From contig CDRNST010000214.1 of NCBI GenBank assembly GCA_977016875.1, positions 2,852,001-2,916,000 on the forward strand: 64,000 nucleotides of DNA, in the 5' to 3' direction. Made by a program: the position numbers and the translations under genes. The DNA is from Pavona decussata. Lineage: Eukaryota. Position 1 is the first letter of the stretch. The number at the start of each line of letters is the position of its first letter. The notes under the pieces are model-generated. The model worked only from the letters and a program-made list of their open reading frames with translations. It was not told the DNA's origin and searched no databases. Of this stretch, positions 25,501-40,500 are shown in pieces.

Positions 25501-28500
25501 ACATTTTCCAGAATGTGTTCCACTTCAAGCTACGTGGCAAACACCAGAAAACAAACTACTATAGTAAATCTTATTTACCTGAGTGTAAGTTTTCCTTTAT
25601 TTCCTACAGTCACATTTTGAGCTCCACTCAAACTTCCAGCCACAATCATCTTAATCCCGTCAACGACCAGGTTTTGAGGCAATTTCAGATCACCCCTGGC
25701 ATATACATTGACACCCCACAGGAGCTCCGGTTGCTGTCCTTGGCTATCAGACAATGTCATCTTTAACTCCTGATTGGCTCGGACGTGCAGAATTCCTGAA
25801 CGATCGCCACGGATGCCTCCGATATCCCACCGAACAAGCGATTCTGGTGGGTTCGTAAGCACGGCAAGTTGCGACTGGCCCCGAATATCAACCTCATCAA
25901 AAGTCATCGCCACAGTATTTGGTACCGGTGTCAACCATGTTCGCCCACCGTCATAATTCACGTCTGTGATGTCATCTGTCAAAGGAGCACCTATGTTGTT
26001 ATTATCTACGATAAGCTGTTTGTAATCTTTCAACTTGTTGTGAAGATATACAGTCCCTGCACCACCAGCTTCTTTGCTACCTCCTCCACCAAAAGCCTCT
26101 ACTTTTCCACTGAAAGTTCGCTTGTCAAAATCAACGGAGATTCGTCCCCCACCCCCTCCCCCGCTGGTACCGAACAATCCACTTCCTCCGGAGGCTCGGA
26201 CAATTCCATTCCCTTTAAAGGACTTAGATGAGATCCAAATACTTCCTCCACTGGCTCCACCTGTGGAATGGTTTTGACCATTCTCGCCGTTTGCGCCGAC
26301 TAGGCCATCTATGGTGACGATTTCCCTTGCTGCCAACCTAATCACTCCTCCTCCAGCTCCGAACGTGCTTCCACTTCCGTGGGAGAGAGGCTGGTAAAGA
26401 GAGCCATACGCCTGGCCGGGAACTGAACCCGAGTTTCCATTTCCCCCACGGCCGCCATGGCCAGCGCCAGCAGTACCTAGAACCGAGTAAGACAGGTTGG
26501 ACAACAGTTGATTGACGAGGATAAAGGAATTGTGTTGCTGATAAAAACTGAAAATGTGTATTTGATTCTCAAAAACTTGTGCAAACGTTCGAAAGCTATG
26601 TTCACTTCAAAAAGACAACGTGACTGACAATAATNNNNNNNNNNNNNNNNNNNNNNNNNNNNNNNNNNNNNNNNNNNNNNNNNNNNNNNNNNNNNNNNNN
26701 NNNNNNNNNNNNNNNNNNNNNNNNNNNNNNNNNNNNNNNNNNNNNNNNNNNNNNNNNNNNNNNNNNNNNNNNNNNNATAGCAAATGAACGGGCGAAAAAC
26801 AAAACAAAGAACGGAGACAAGGAATATATGAGTGAACAAGCAAATGAGACATTAGATGAATGAGAGAATGAATTAGTGGGGAGTGATGAATGAAGGTGAA
26901 TGGAGAGGCATTAATGATATAAGAAGGAACGAAACGGACAGACGAACGGACTGAAATACAACACATGAAATTTTGTAATACCTGATGGTCTTCCAGGTCC
27001 AATTTTTGCAGCAAATCCTTGTTTCTCAGCAGTAACAACTCCAGAGGCCTCTACTTCAATATCACCGGCACTGATGTTGATCCACTTGCCTTGTATCAAG
27101 CCACCCGCCATCACTCTTAAACTCTCATGTAGCAGGACGTTCACTGTAGGGGAGCTAGTATCGGTGTCAGCTGCTGTGAGCTTTGCGCCATTCATGATTG
27201 TTAGGGAGTTCAAGTTAATGGTCTTCTTGCTGAAGCCCTCCGTTTGACCCTGGACAAAGCATGAAGTGAGGTAAGTGATACCATATGCTTGAAACTGCAT
27301 AATATAATTTACTTTGGAAAAGGAGTTAAAGTTCTCCTTCCAATTCGGGCTGTTCAGTTGAGATTTAATTAGTTCAATAAACAAAAATTTATTGTTTATT
27401 GTCCTGAAACACAAGTTAAGTTTATTAAAAGATTAGCTGACTCTGTAACTAACTGGCTGACTGACTAATGACTTACTGGCTGACTGACAGGTTGATAGAC
27501 AAACAGACAGACTGACTGACTGACTGACTGACTGACTGACTGACTGAATGAATGAATGAGTGACTGAGTGGCTGATTACATGCCTGAGTGACTGAACGAC
27601 TGACTGCCTGCTTTCTGCCTGACAGACTGGCTGACTAGTTCACTGACTGAGTGAGTGAGTGAATGAATGATTTGACGGACTAACTGAATAGTATTGCTTA
27701 AATACGAAAGCATGAAATCGTTATATTTCCAGTGAAAATACCTCTGCTGTCACCACGAACTCTGCGCCTCCCCCAATAGTCAAATTATCCATTCCATGGA
27801 TCATTCCTTCTAGAGAAATCCTTGGATAAAACAAATCCTTCAGCAAGACATCACGGGGCAGATGCAGAAAGCCTTCATTGTAAATGTGAAAACTTGCCGG
27901 AAACAGCCTGGGAGCATAATTAATGTATACCCTGTTCTTCTTCGAGATATGAATCAACCCGCCAAGATCGCCTTCAAGTCGTTCCACGTTTAGTGTAAAC
28001 GTAGGTTTCAGGTGATAAATCGCAAGGTGGCTTCCTCCGCGAAGCTGTAACAGATTGATGGTGAAGTCGTCCATGTACTCCGCAAGGAGCCACGCCCTTC
28101 CACCGTCGTTGGATATATCTCTGTAATTCGATATATACAGCTTGGTTGCGCGGTAGCCATTGTTGTCGATAATCATTGTCTTGTGGGTTGTGTTTCTCGA
28201 GAGATAGACAGTTCCAGGTCCACCAGCCTCGGTCCGACTCGCGCCACCGTGAGCGGAAAATTTGCCCGCGAATCTTGTGGTCTCATAATGTGCAGCGACG
28301 CGGCCTCCAGCTCCACCTCCAGCGTCACCAAATGAAGCCTGCGCGACCTTGCCACCGTTGGCAACTATCTTGCCTTTTCCTGAAAACAGCGTTGATTGGA
28401 TGAGGATGCTGCCGCCACTTCCGCCTCCGGTGCCTTGATTGACAGCTGTGTTGGCTGATGCATCGAGTAGTCCGTCAACTTGAATGATGTGCGCCGCGTT

Positions 28501-31500
28501 GAGTTTGATGGCTCCACCTCCGGAACTGCCAGGCTAATAAGACATTACAATACATCAATAGCTATATACGAACCTAAAGAACATAGCATTGTGGATGTAT
28601 TATTTAGGTGTTAGCAGTCATCATGGCTTTAAAAGGAGCTGTTAACTGCTGCCCATTAAGCTCAGTTGGAAAGGGCATTGGACTGCTGAATGGAGGGTCG
28701 TGGGCTCACGTTCAAAGCGGAACACCAACCAGGGTCTTAAAACAACAAGTTGATCATGCTGACTGTGTTTATCACATTGTCTCAGTTCAGATGATCGTGT
28801 CATTGGGAGGTGACGTTAAGTCATTGGCATTGTCTCATGTAGGGACCATCATACAAAACGTAGGGGACGTTTAGAACGTACTCACGGCTTGAAGAGTAGG
28901 GGGTAGAAAAATAAAATGCATATTCTTGACTGAGTAATTAACATAAGTAGTGTAATCCTGAGGAAGATTTTTTGAGGTAACGTTGACTGACGTTTCGACA
29001 ACATGAGCGGGAGTCATTATCAGAGTCAAGTAACAATACGCTACGTTGCTGTGCTTTTTGCATTGTTTTTATAGAACTGAAAGCCTCAAAACTCTTGCAC
29101 CAATGTACTGTTACAAGTTTGAAGGCACTAGAAACCGGAAGTGACCCTAGATCTTTTTGTTTGACTATCTTGACTTGGCATTCTGGTTGGGCAGCGGGTT
29201 ACAATATTTGGTTTTGAAAAAACTGAAAGTAAGCGTGGGTTCCAGGTTCAAACAGACTAAAAACACTGTCCCAAAACTGTTCTCAAGTCTTTTCATGAGG
29301 CTATGTAAGCACGCACGCCATTTTCTATTTTCAAGGAGAACTAGTAACTAGAGTCTTACCAAATCCTGATAACCTTGTCCTCCGCCACTTCCAAACGCAA
29401 GTGGTATCTCAAAGGACCCATAAGCCTTCCCCACGATCGCTTGATTAGAGGTCTGTCCACCTGCCCCGCCATGCCCTGCCCCAGACGGGGATGTTGCAGA
29501 TTGCTTTCCAGGCTGCTCACCCTTCATGGAAGTAAACCCTCGCCCGCGGGCAGTTAGAACACCAGCAATATCGATAAAAATGTTATGCGCGCGCAAATGA
29601 ACTTGGCTGACGTCCATCAGTGCGCCAGCGAGGATAGTAAGCTCTGCTGTGAGGTTGACTGTTAGTTTCGCAGGCTCATTAGTACGCTGGTAAAAGGTCC
29701 CTCCAGTTAAGATGGTGATACGATTCAATAACACGACGGCTTTGGTTGGTGAGTTGGCATGAGCGTCTTGTGTGACATCAAAGCGGCTGCTGTGTGCAAT
29801 GATGAGGTTTGAAATTCCAACTAACTCGGATTCAGCATAAATGGAAGATTTTTGCAGAAAAACGTCAGATGGGAGGTAAACTTTAGAATCCTGCAAGAAA
29901 ACGAAAACTGCGATCAAAGGAAGAAATTTCCTGAACATATACAAGCAACCTTATGGATGGGACAGTTGCAGGGAAAAAACGTTTTGTTTCTTCAAGTTCT
30001 CAGCCTCCACGTTCGCGCTTTACAGATTATTTTACTTCATACGATGTTTTGATGGAAAATACTTCCCAGGCGTTATCTAGTTTCTTGATTTATTGTAATG
30101 GTGGTTTAATTTTGATTGAAGGTATTTTGTACAAACTAGAATGTCTATTACTGATATTTCCTCTCTGCAAGATGCGATCAATTCTTTTTTCACTTTTTTT
30201 TTATTTGAGATTTAAAGAAAGGCCGGTTTGGTTCCGAATGATATGTCAGCGATCCATGAGAATCAAATCTAGACTCACCAAATCACCACTTACAAACGAA
30301 GGAAGCCCAGAACTGTAAAATGGTCTATTACGTACTCAGTCACAGAAGCAACTCTAAGTCTGCTTTAAATAAAGAGGCAAGTAGTCGCAAAAGATGCAAC
30401 AACGCCCAGACATGTTATGAACTCACCCGATAAGTCCTAAGTGTAAAAGGAATCACGGAATCGTTGCTGGCATCCAGATACAACTCCTGTTGTCTTCCCA
30501 CATGAATTGTACCTGTGAAATCTCCCTTGTATTGGTTCATCTTAAAGTTAACGCTGCCAACATTGTTCTGAATGGCAAGATGTGCATTTCCGCGAACATC
30601 CAACTCATCTACCTCAAAGGTCGCTGACCCAGGATCATTAAACACAAGCCACGTCCTTGAGCTGTCTTGTTCAAGATTGGCGGCTTGGAACGACGAGGTG
30701 GCACGGCCGACAAACACCTTAAGCTCGCTTAACGCAACGTGTGACTCCAGTCTTGTCAAGGTCAGGGTGAACTTTGAGATAGTGTCTTCTATGATTACAT
30801 CATTGTAAACAGTAGTATCAAAGCATCCAGCAAATGATCTCACATCTTTCGTTCTGACTACAAGTCCAGAGGAAGGGCTATATGTAGTCAAACTAAAGCT
30901 GACGCGGTAGCCTCGATGACAGAACTAAGACAAAAAGATAGAAAACTGTTATAAAAGAGATTTTANNNNNNNNNNNNNNNNNNNNNNNNNNNNNNNNNNN
31001 NNNNNNNNNNNNNNNNNNNNNNNNNNNNNNNNNNNNNNNNNNNNNNNNNNNNNNNNNNNNNNNNNNNNNNNNNNNNNNNNNNNNNNNNNNNNNNNNNNNN
31101 NNNNNNNNNNNNNNNNNNNNNNNNNNNNNNNNNNNNTCAATCATTGATTCATTATTTCTTGATTCATTCACTCATTAAATCATTCACCCTCTCGCTGTCT
31201 CTTCCTCTCTCCTTTCATTCCTTCGTTTCCTTCTTTGCTTCCTTCTTTTTGACCATAAAAAACCGCCTGAGTGTGACGCGCCATTCTAAGTTCTCAAAAT
31301 ATCACGATTATATAGCAAAACCTCTTGAAAATGTGGTCCTACCTTTTGTATCTGTGCATAAAATACTCAAGCAGGCCGTGTCCATTCAAAATAAGGCTAC
31401 CAAGACAAATATTTACAATAATGTTGTCCATTAATTTCAAGAGAATGTTTGCCTGGTAATTTTCAATTTGGGTTGTCATGTGGAAGAAAGGGCAAAGATA

Positions 31501-34500
31501 CAACGTTCATGAACACAAATGTGAAAACAGAAACTTGTGTATAAACATAGTTAATTGAGGAACTAGTTGTGAAGCCTTGTCACGACAACAATAGTGCTGC
31601 AATTTATATTGGAAGGGCCGCGACTATGCACAATCCTTTGTTTTAACCTTCTTACTACAGCTGAATATCTTATCAGGAAAGTTTCTATTGGTCAGTTTCT
31701 CCAACACATTTCAAACTATATTGTGGTCTGTGCACAGTCAAGGGCAAAAATGTTAACTAAAACATATCAGAAAGAAGTTTGTCAGGCTTCCTAATCATTG
31801 CGTTTTATTCACTCTGGTATAAATACATACTTACCGGATAGAGTCGGATGTGATGAATGTACATGTTTCTCGGTAGAGTGACAGTAATGACAACATTAGT
31901 GTACTGTGACTGCACTATGTAAGCGTTCTTGACGTCTCCATCACACAGTCGAGTCAGAGAATAGTAGTAAGTCTGAGAGGCGTGATGGTAGCTCTGCGTA
32001 GCACCATTTGACGAGAATTGAAATCCACTTATACTAGTGTAAACTTGCGAGTAGTCTCTATAAATGGAGCCAGGATGTAGTTTCACTTCTTCCACCTACG
32101 AAAAGTAAAAAAGAAGCAGTGAAACAACTTCGTTCCACACAGTCAGTGACTGCTGTGGAACAAGCTTCCACACTGAAGTCATCAGGAAGAACTACGGTAG
32201 CTAGTTTCCGTCCCTATTCCTCAACTGCATTCTGCCTTGGCGGTGTCACTCCTTAAGAGGCTTCTAAGCTGGTGCACATGCTGACTGGTCAATCAGGTGT
32301 TATAACGCTATGTGATGTGTTTCCGCAACACCACACGTAAGACATTAAAAAGGTACCATCTTCCGTCCTGAATAATCAATAACATCTTATAGCTCTGACA
32401 AGAAGATCAATTAAAAAAAAAAAGCTCCTTTTTTTCCTTAAAAACTACGCGTCTTTGTTCTCAGTTTACCTGATTTATTCGTTCGGTAATCGGCCTTCGA
32501 CCTTTGTTATCGACTTTTAGCGTTCGGTGCGCTCGGTCGGAGTTATTTCCCGCCTTTTCCACGTACACGGTTCCAGCAGCACCGTTCTCCAAGTCGCCTT
32601 TCCCGCCAGCAGCCTCAAGGACGCCATCAAAGAATCCTCCACGGTAATATAAAGCGATTCTGCCGCCTGACCCTCCACCACCTCCTCTTGTTGAGTGACT
32701 ATATCCATTTCCACCATTGGCCTTAGGAAAGCAAATTAGACAACGAACATAACATTAGACTCAACAATACAAAATAAGCTCAAAGCGATCGTATCTTGAC
32801 GCTAATTAAGCTGATGTTACCTGCAACGATTCGCAACAACGACTTTTGGCCCGACACCACGTCATTTTTTTGTTGCAATGAACTACTGGTAACGATGACT
32901 TTCAACAAGGAAAGTTAACCCCTTAAATATGGGCCAGCGGAAGATTTTCTGCGCAATATTTGCGTTGAAGCAAGTTGCGAGTATTTGGATCACCTTCAAA
33001 GACATACAACGTCCTTCAGCGCGAATGCTGAATTGGTAATCGTCCGCATAAACATATATGTTACACGGATATTATCCTTGCCGATTGTCTTGTGTATTAA
33101 ACATATACTAAAATATGGTGTGGAGATGAAATAAAAATCATCATTGCGATTAGTCGCGTCTGGTATCAGCTTTACTTGTAATTCTGATTGGTTCATTGAG
33201 CTCGTTACTTATGTTGTGATTGGTTAGAGGGATACCCGGATTCGAGTTGTAATCCAACTCACAGAAGTTCTATGGATAGATTGCTTAACATAGCTGTTAT
33301 AGCAATTTATTATTCAACACATTGTAGCACTGCCCAAATATGGCCATGGTGCACTGAATATTCGTGCTTTCACATGGTTTGTTAGTTTAGTGGAAAACAA
33401 ACTGAAAGTTTACTTCATTTTACAGGATCTTCTGGTGGACAGATTAACGCAAACTGTTGATCGATTGAGAGAAGAGATTGATATGTGTAAGACGCAGTGT
33501 TCAGCTCAGCTGGAGGAAACTAAGGCTGCACAAAAATCACTCTCCGAGGCAACCACTGAAATAGAGGTTAGTATTAATAACAACATTATTAAATGTACAC
33601 TTGTCTGTGATACATGTATGTTACAAAGATCCACTTAGATTCTTTCTTACTCCATTCAGTTAACCCTTTAAACTTTCTTTTTATTTTCATGTTTTTGAGT
33701 TTGCCTTGTTCTGGGTGATTTTGTAACATTATAGCGACAGCAACAACATCGTTTTTAAGAACAGCGAGAGACCTTTGTATTTCTTTCTGTGTTTGCATTG
33801 ATAGTTGGCCCCCCGTTGGGTTACAAGGTCAAATATTCCACATTTTTTGGTCCTTAAACTAGGAAAAATGCATTATGTTGCCAGGCTGTAGCTTGAGAAT
33901 TTAAGCTGGGAACCTTTTATTGCCCTCCACATCTATGGCACGATATTTCACTACAATTGGCAGAATGTGGGTTGCATGCAATGAATGATTTGTTTTACAG
34001 GCAGATATGAACATGTCGCATTTTTAACCTATTTTTTTCTTGCATTTAAGTACCTTGAGAGTACAAAGTTTACTAGAAATTGCCAGAGAACGTTAAATGT
34101 ACTCCTTTAGACCTGCCAATGCCAGAAACCTCTTCAATCAAACGTTGTATCTGGCGTTGTTTGTTTTCCAACATAGGCTATTCTCCTCTTGTACCGAGCA
34201 AGTAAAATTATCGTTCGCCGGCGAACGATAAATCGAATAAAAAATGTTAAAGGGTTAATACCCATGTATATAGTCCATGCCTCCAACGTTGGATGATACT
34301 TTTGAACCAATAGAAATTAGTATCCAAAGGAGGGGAGGAAGTTCTGTTCGAGATAGCGCAGCCGATGTTTAGATATAGCGGCAGTCTACTGAAGTACTTT
34401 AGAATAACATTATGATTGTTTAAAGCTTAGAATTGTTGAAAAAGAATGCGGTTGGTAAGCACACCTGCACAGTTCCACTTCCTTCAAACAGGTTTGTCCT

Positions 34501-37500
34501 GATGAGAATACTTCCTCCACTACCTCCCCCAGCGTAAGATCCAACATAGTTATCGCCATTCGCGCTTAACGTTCCTTCAATGTCCAGGGTGTCACTGATG
34601 TTGAGGAAGAAAATTCCACCGCCGCGGCCTCCCAGCTGTCCTCCCCCACCCTTTCCACCGCTGCTACCTGTCAGTGGATATCAACACTACAAACCTCAGT
34701 GCTTTTCATAATGTAGATACAAACTGGTTAGCATACATGAACAACATGATACTCATACGAAAAGTACAAGGTTTGCATCAAAGCAAAGTCCAACCTCGTT
34801 CCCAGGGTGAAAGAACCTGGGAACGAGGTCGAGCAAAGTCACCGCCAGTATCGCTCCAGTAAAAGGGTCAAGTTACTATGCGCACTACTAAAAAATTGGG
34901 CTTAATTTGAAAACACCACATCTTACTGGTCTTTGACTGTAGTTTGTGACAATTTAATATGCAGTCAGATAATTTAATTCGTAATTTTTAATAAGTATTT
35001 TAGGGTACGGCATTACTGGATTAGCGCAATCAAACTTGAGTTGGCAGATAAAATCAGACCGTCAAATTTTTTGTAAAAGAATTTGCCAACGAAGCATATG
35101 CTTCTGGTGCAAACGGATTTACATCTGTATATTTTGTTTTCGAACGCGATCCTTTTGAATCAATATTTAAATTTTGCAACTGTTTCAATACAGATCTGAA
35201 ATAGTTTGCCTGATTGGAGAACTTGTAATACATTCGTATCTCTAAACTTTATTTTACACAATCAATTTTTCTGTACGTCAGCAATTTATTAATTGTCAAT
35301 GACAACTTTTGTTTTGATCCTGACAATTCCAACTTTTCAATAATTTGAATTTCACCATTGTAGTTTGCTTGGCTTACTTTTAAGGAATTTCTTATTTTCG
35401 AAGAATGTGAAAAGAAAAAAAATCATTTAAGTTGCTTAATAGAAGGCTTGTGAAAAATAAGTTGGTCTAGCTGAAACTGATATAAATTCCCAAGTAACAA
35501 ACAACTTACCAAATTCATTTGGTTCCTTGATGGACCCATAAGCACCTCCAGTCGTCACTTGACTCACAGCACGGCCGCCCAGACCCCCATGCCCTCCACC
35601 AGATCCTCCGGCAAAGCCTGGGGACGGGTAATCCGCACCAGGGCCCTTACCTATTGCGGAAATCACAAAGCATTGGTGACTCATCGCATACTAGTTATAA
35701 CGTAGTGCAAGAGCGCGCTAGCGACTAGAAAACTGTTCAACTGGATTTTGAGATTGGGAAGAACCATACATGACTGCAGTGTTAATGACTACATGTTTAT
35801 GTCTTCCGAACAATAAATATTTGAAATGTTCACGTCCAGCCGAGAATCATTCTCTTAATTGTGTTTGATTGGCTACAAAATCATAGTTGGCCAGTCACGA
35901 AGGTCCCACTTCACCAAAATAAATTACTTCAATAAAAATCACTCTTATTAAGTGTCAAGGACATTTAGCACAGAGTACTACCCCTACCACCCTGTGTTCT
36001 GTATACAGTATAGTGATCGCAAGAAATGATAATGTGTTATGGTGATGTATTTATATACCGCACGTACCACATAGTCTCATGGCGGTTTACAATTCATCTG
36101 TTGGGTGAGATCGGACGTCAGCATGTAAAGGCGCCACTGGCAGCTGCTATCAGTCCATATTTTGATCTCACCCACCCACCCAGCCCACGCATGAATGCAA
36201 AAAACAGATCAAACGTACCATCGTATTCAAAGTTCTCTCCCTTAAGTGTAGCACCCACAGTTGCCAACGCATCGATGGTAAAATTCAGGACGTACACATG
36301 AAGGTTAACAGCTGTGAACGTTCCACCGCCGAACACTTGCATGGATGTTCCACGGAATTCCCGTATTCTCTCCTGATTGGTCACCTTCATGGTTCCCTTG
36401 TTCCGAACTTGGATTGTTTCGAAGAAAAAGGTCTGAAAACAACAAAACAAGACAATACCATAATTGACAACCTAGTGACAGATGTTCTTAATCAGGCTAC
36501 ATTTGTATTAAAACCGATTCCCAATACTATCTCCCTCCCTCTTTACTATGAAATTTTCCACGGAATCAGAGTTTCGCGATCTATTTATCGGTTTACAAGG
36601 GTCCAGTGTTTCAATTAACCACATTTAATTTGCGCGCCGACACAAATCTTTGAGCTGGGATCATAATTTGTCAATGTTGTTGAGCGAGCGGTTATAGTTC
36701 TAAACGAATGCTTTTGTTTTGTTCCTTTCATTTGATTACTTTTACAACACAGTACAATACCATACGATAAGAAACAATACGATTATATACGATCGGGGGA
36801 ACAACACGACACGATACGATACACTTAGGAGTTTGAGGAAGAGACGAGAGGCCATTGGCAGGAAGAGGAGAATAACACAATTTATACACCATTCTGTTCC
36901 CATACCTCGGTCAGTTTTCCCTCTGTATCATACATCTCTTTCATGCGAATGACGCCATCATCAACCACGGTAATATTCTGGCATCTCTTCAAGACTCCAT
37001 CAATCTCAACCGTTACCCCGGCAACGAGCAATTCGCCCTGCATGGTGGTCAGCCCTCCTTGGTAGATAATCATATCCATGGGCAGGTATGATTGGAGAGA
37101 AAGGAACGTCTGATTGAAACCAAGATGAATTCTTCCAGTTCTGAAGAATGTAATTGGGTGTTTAGGTTAGTACATCATGTGCAATGGTTCCCTGTTGAGA
37201 ACTGAGTCAATGTACTGTTATTCCTGTAAGCGGATGAGAACGTGAAGTTTAAAAAGGCAAACAAAAACATTTCAGAAACGTCTATCACTTCTGCTTGAAA
37301 CTTCAATTTCACCTTTGGATATGTTAAATTAACTTTTGATTCTTTTAGAGAACTGCCTTACATAAGAAGACTATTGAGGAGTCTGTTACCCTGATGCGAT
37401 TTACTTTTGAGTCTGCGGATAAAAATCCTTACAAAGTGCGAACATCTAAACGAAAGCTCATGAATAGTACTCTTGTCTCGTACTTCTGAATAAGAGTTAC

Positions 37501-40500
37501 TGAGCAGCTGGGCACTTTGTTTTGAATTTTGTTTTTCGTGCGATTATTGTCAAATAGACCCTTCTCCAAAATGGCGGCCGAAAATTCAAGTAAGTTAAAA
37601 TTAAAAACGTGTACCAGCACTAGAAAGAGCACGTTTACTTGAGTACCCTGCAAAGTTGCAGCATATCAGGTGTAATTTAAGCTGAGAAAATGTAGGTTGA
37701 AAAATGAAAAATTTACAGACGTCTGTATGACTGGGGGTATGACGTATACCCCTAGTCATACAAACGTCTGTAAATTTGTCAAATTTCATCTTACATTTTC
37801 CAAGCTGATATAACGCCTAATGTGCTGAAACTTTGCAAGGTTACTTAAGTAAAAGTGCCCTTTTCAGTGCTGGTATCAGTTTTTCATTCTGTTCAATTTT
37901 AACTCATTCAAATCTGTTGCCGCCATTTTGGAGAAGGGTCTATTCTAGCTATAAGGTTCTTCGCACGTAGATTCGTACCTATCTCCCTGCATTTGACCAA
38001 TCACAATCGATATATGCGCCTTAGTGCTTGCTGGGTTTATAATGGCGAGTTGTGCTCCACCGTAGAGCTGTAGCTCATCCAATTCCAGATCAGTTCCATT
38101 AGATGCGAGATCCTCATCATTCAGCGTGAGCCACACCCTACTTGATCCACCGAGACTGAAATCGCTATAGCTAGCACTCAGATTAGCGCCAGGAGAACGA
38201 GGGGTTCGCCCCATCCCGTTTGCATACAACGTCCTGTTCCGAGTCCATTTCGTTCCATTAATGACTTCTTCATCAATAACAACTCTTTCAGCGTGTGCTG
38301 CTTCGTCGATGCGGTCATGACCATAGGTTGCGTTCATACCAGGCACATTCTCCACAAACACTGTCCCTGGACCCCCGGGTTCGTATGAGCTTGCGCCTCC
38401 GGTCCCAAGGTAACGACCTAGAAAATGGTTCTCACGATAGTACAAGCAAACACGACCAGCCCCTCCCCCGCCGCCGTTGGAGCCGTCCCCATCACCACCA
38501 GACACGTCGAACTCTCCGTCGCCATGTATTCGAGACGTGTACGCTAGAATACTTCCACCGCTACCACCACCGCTACGAGTAGCCCGAAAATTCCCCCCTC
38601 TGGATGATAACTGTCCGTCTACCACTAGCGTGTCATGCGCAATGATTTTGAATCTTCCCCCTCCCAATCCACCTGTAAATGGGAAAACCTCTGCTCCGCC
38701 TGTGCTTCCAAAGTTAGTGGGTTTTCTATATTTCCCGTATGAGACACCGACTTTTGATTGGCCGCGACCCAATCCACCATGCCCGCCATGTCCCGCGCCA
38801 GAGGAACCCGAGACGCCACCCCATCCGTCTCCATAGTAACGTAATCCTGGAACTTCAGCAGCAAGACCATTTGCTGAGAGGGCAGCGAAGGGTTCGATGG
38901 TGATGTTGATGTAGTCTAACGTGAGACTGTTGGCCTCCACCTGCAAGCAGACATAATATTTCTTACATATTTAATAAGCTTCTCAAGAAGATATAGATGG
39001 AAGCATAAAGGGGAAGTATCATGGGGTTTTTGAAATCTTTTGTTAAATAGGATGAAATAAGACAGCTGCCAAATAATTGTAGAATGACAAGAGGAAAGAA
39101 ATCAACTCAATTCTTGAAAGGAACAACTCGTGATCTGTTCTAGTGACTTTTGGAAACAAAAATGCGAGAACTTGAAAAACATTAGCTTAACATTTTTCAA
39201 GTTTCAATCCATACCGACCTACTCTGTCTCTGGCCAGAGGCACTCATCGACAGTTTTGTTGCACTGGGGTGATAATTTATAACAAACTTGACAATTATTT
39301 CTTTGTATCTGCTGACAGACAAACATTTTTGAGTTTTGAAATTACAACAAAGTTGCATGATACTTCCCCTTTAACGATAGTTTTGTTTCGTTTACACAAA
39401 GAGGAGAAAAGGCAAGTCAAGAAAAGTGGAACTGAGATTAGAATGTAACGCAAAACAGAAGGATTAATGCTGTAAAATAACCTCAAGTTAAGGAACGCTC
39501 TTACTGATTAGAAGTATGTTATATGGAAACAAGTTTTTTAAGTTCGTATTGTGTACAGTATTGTGTACAGTAAATAAACTAAGCATTCGTTGATGTTTGT
39601 GAGAACTCGAAAGGCAGTTGAAACACTCGCCTAAGCCTTGTGTTTCCAACAAGAGTTTCTCCTCCTAAATTTCTCCTCGTGTGTCACCAGTCAGATGTTA
39701 TATACACAAGGACCAATTTTCTAATGAAATACCTCTCCTCTGAACAGTCTGCTGTCGACGTTACCGACTGTAGCAAACGTTGCAACGATCATACCTAAAC
39801 ATCAAACTTCATAATGTAAGAAAAGGAATAATACTAACCGTCGCGCCTCCTCTAATGTTAAATGTTTTGCCAATCATTTGCACATCTTTCCTGTCCTCTC
39901 TTACCGCAGCCATGTAGCCGTCAGTTTGTACTACCACGTGATCAAGGGCAAAGTCAGTTTCTGTGGAATTCTCAAGGACAAAACGGCATTGTGGTCCAAC
40001 GGTGAGATTGGCCATCTCTCCCATGACTCCACGCATCACCACCTCGACTCCGCGGCAATTCATGCTAGTGGGAAAGGTCACATTGGAACCTTTTTGGGAC
40101 AGGAGCGAGAATGGAAGGTGCCCTTCTGAGCCCCTCATGTGAACGGTCTGAGTAGAACGCACTGTTAGGATGCCGCTGCTGTCACCAACGATCTGGTCCA
40201 CGCTCATTTTGACGTCACTTCCGGATATCGACAGGCTTCCTTGGCCCTTGATATGCAGCTTTGCGGGGAGAACAGTTTAAAAATGTGAAACGTGTACACT
40301 ATAGACAGAGTTCGTTTGCTTGTAAACATGACAATGGTGATCATGTAGACTTTCCTACAAGCCGAATTCATGCAAACGGGGACTCACATTTTTTATAATT
40401 CAAAACCAAGGCGCTGGCTGTGATAAACCTCAAATTACTACAACTCTCTAGGGAAACAATACAACATAACTTCCAAGAGAAACAAATAACGGTTGTGTGA

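Noticed and set aside
25795-25815. RGD in IRGDRSG (also LRGDRSG near 45220)
   Set aside because: Variant of the structural xGDRSG motif present in nearly every unit
32145-32200. Possible hammerhead (minus-strand CTGATGA plus short stem)
   Set aside because: No GAAA after stem II and no supporting stems
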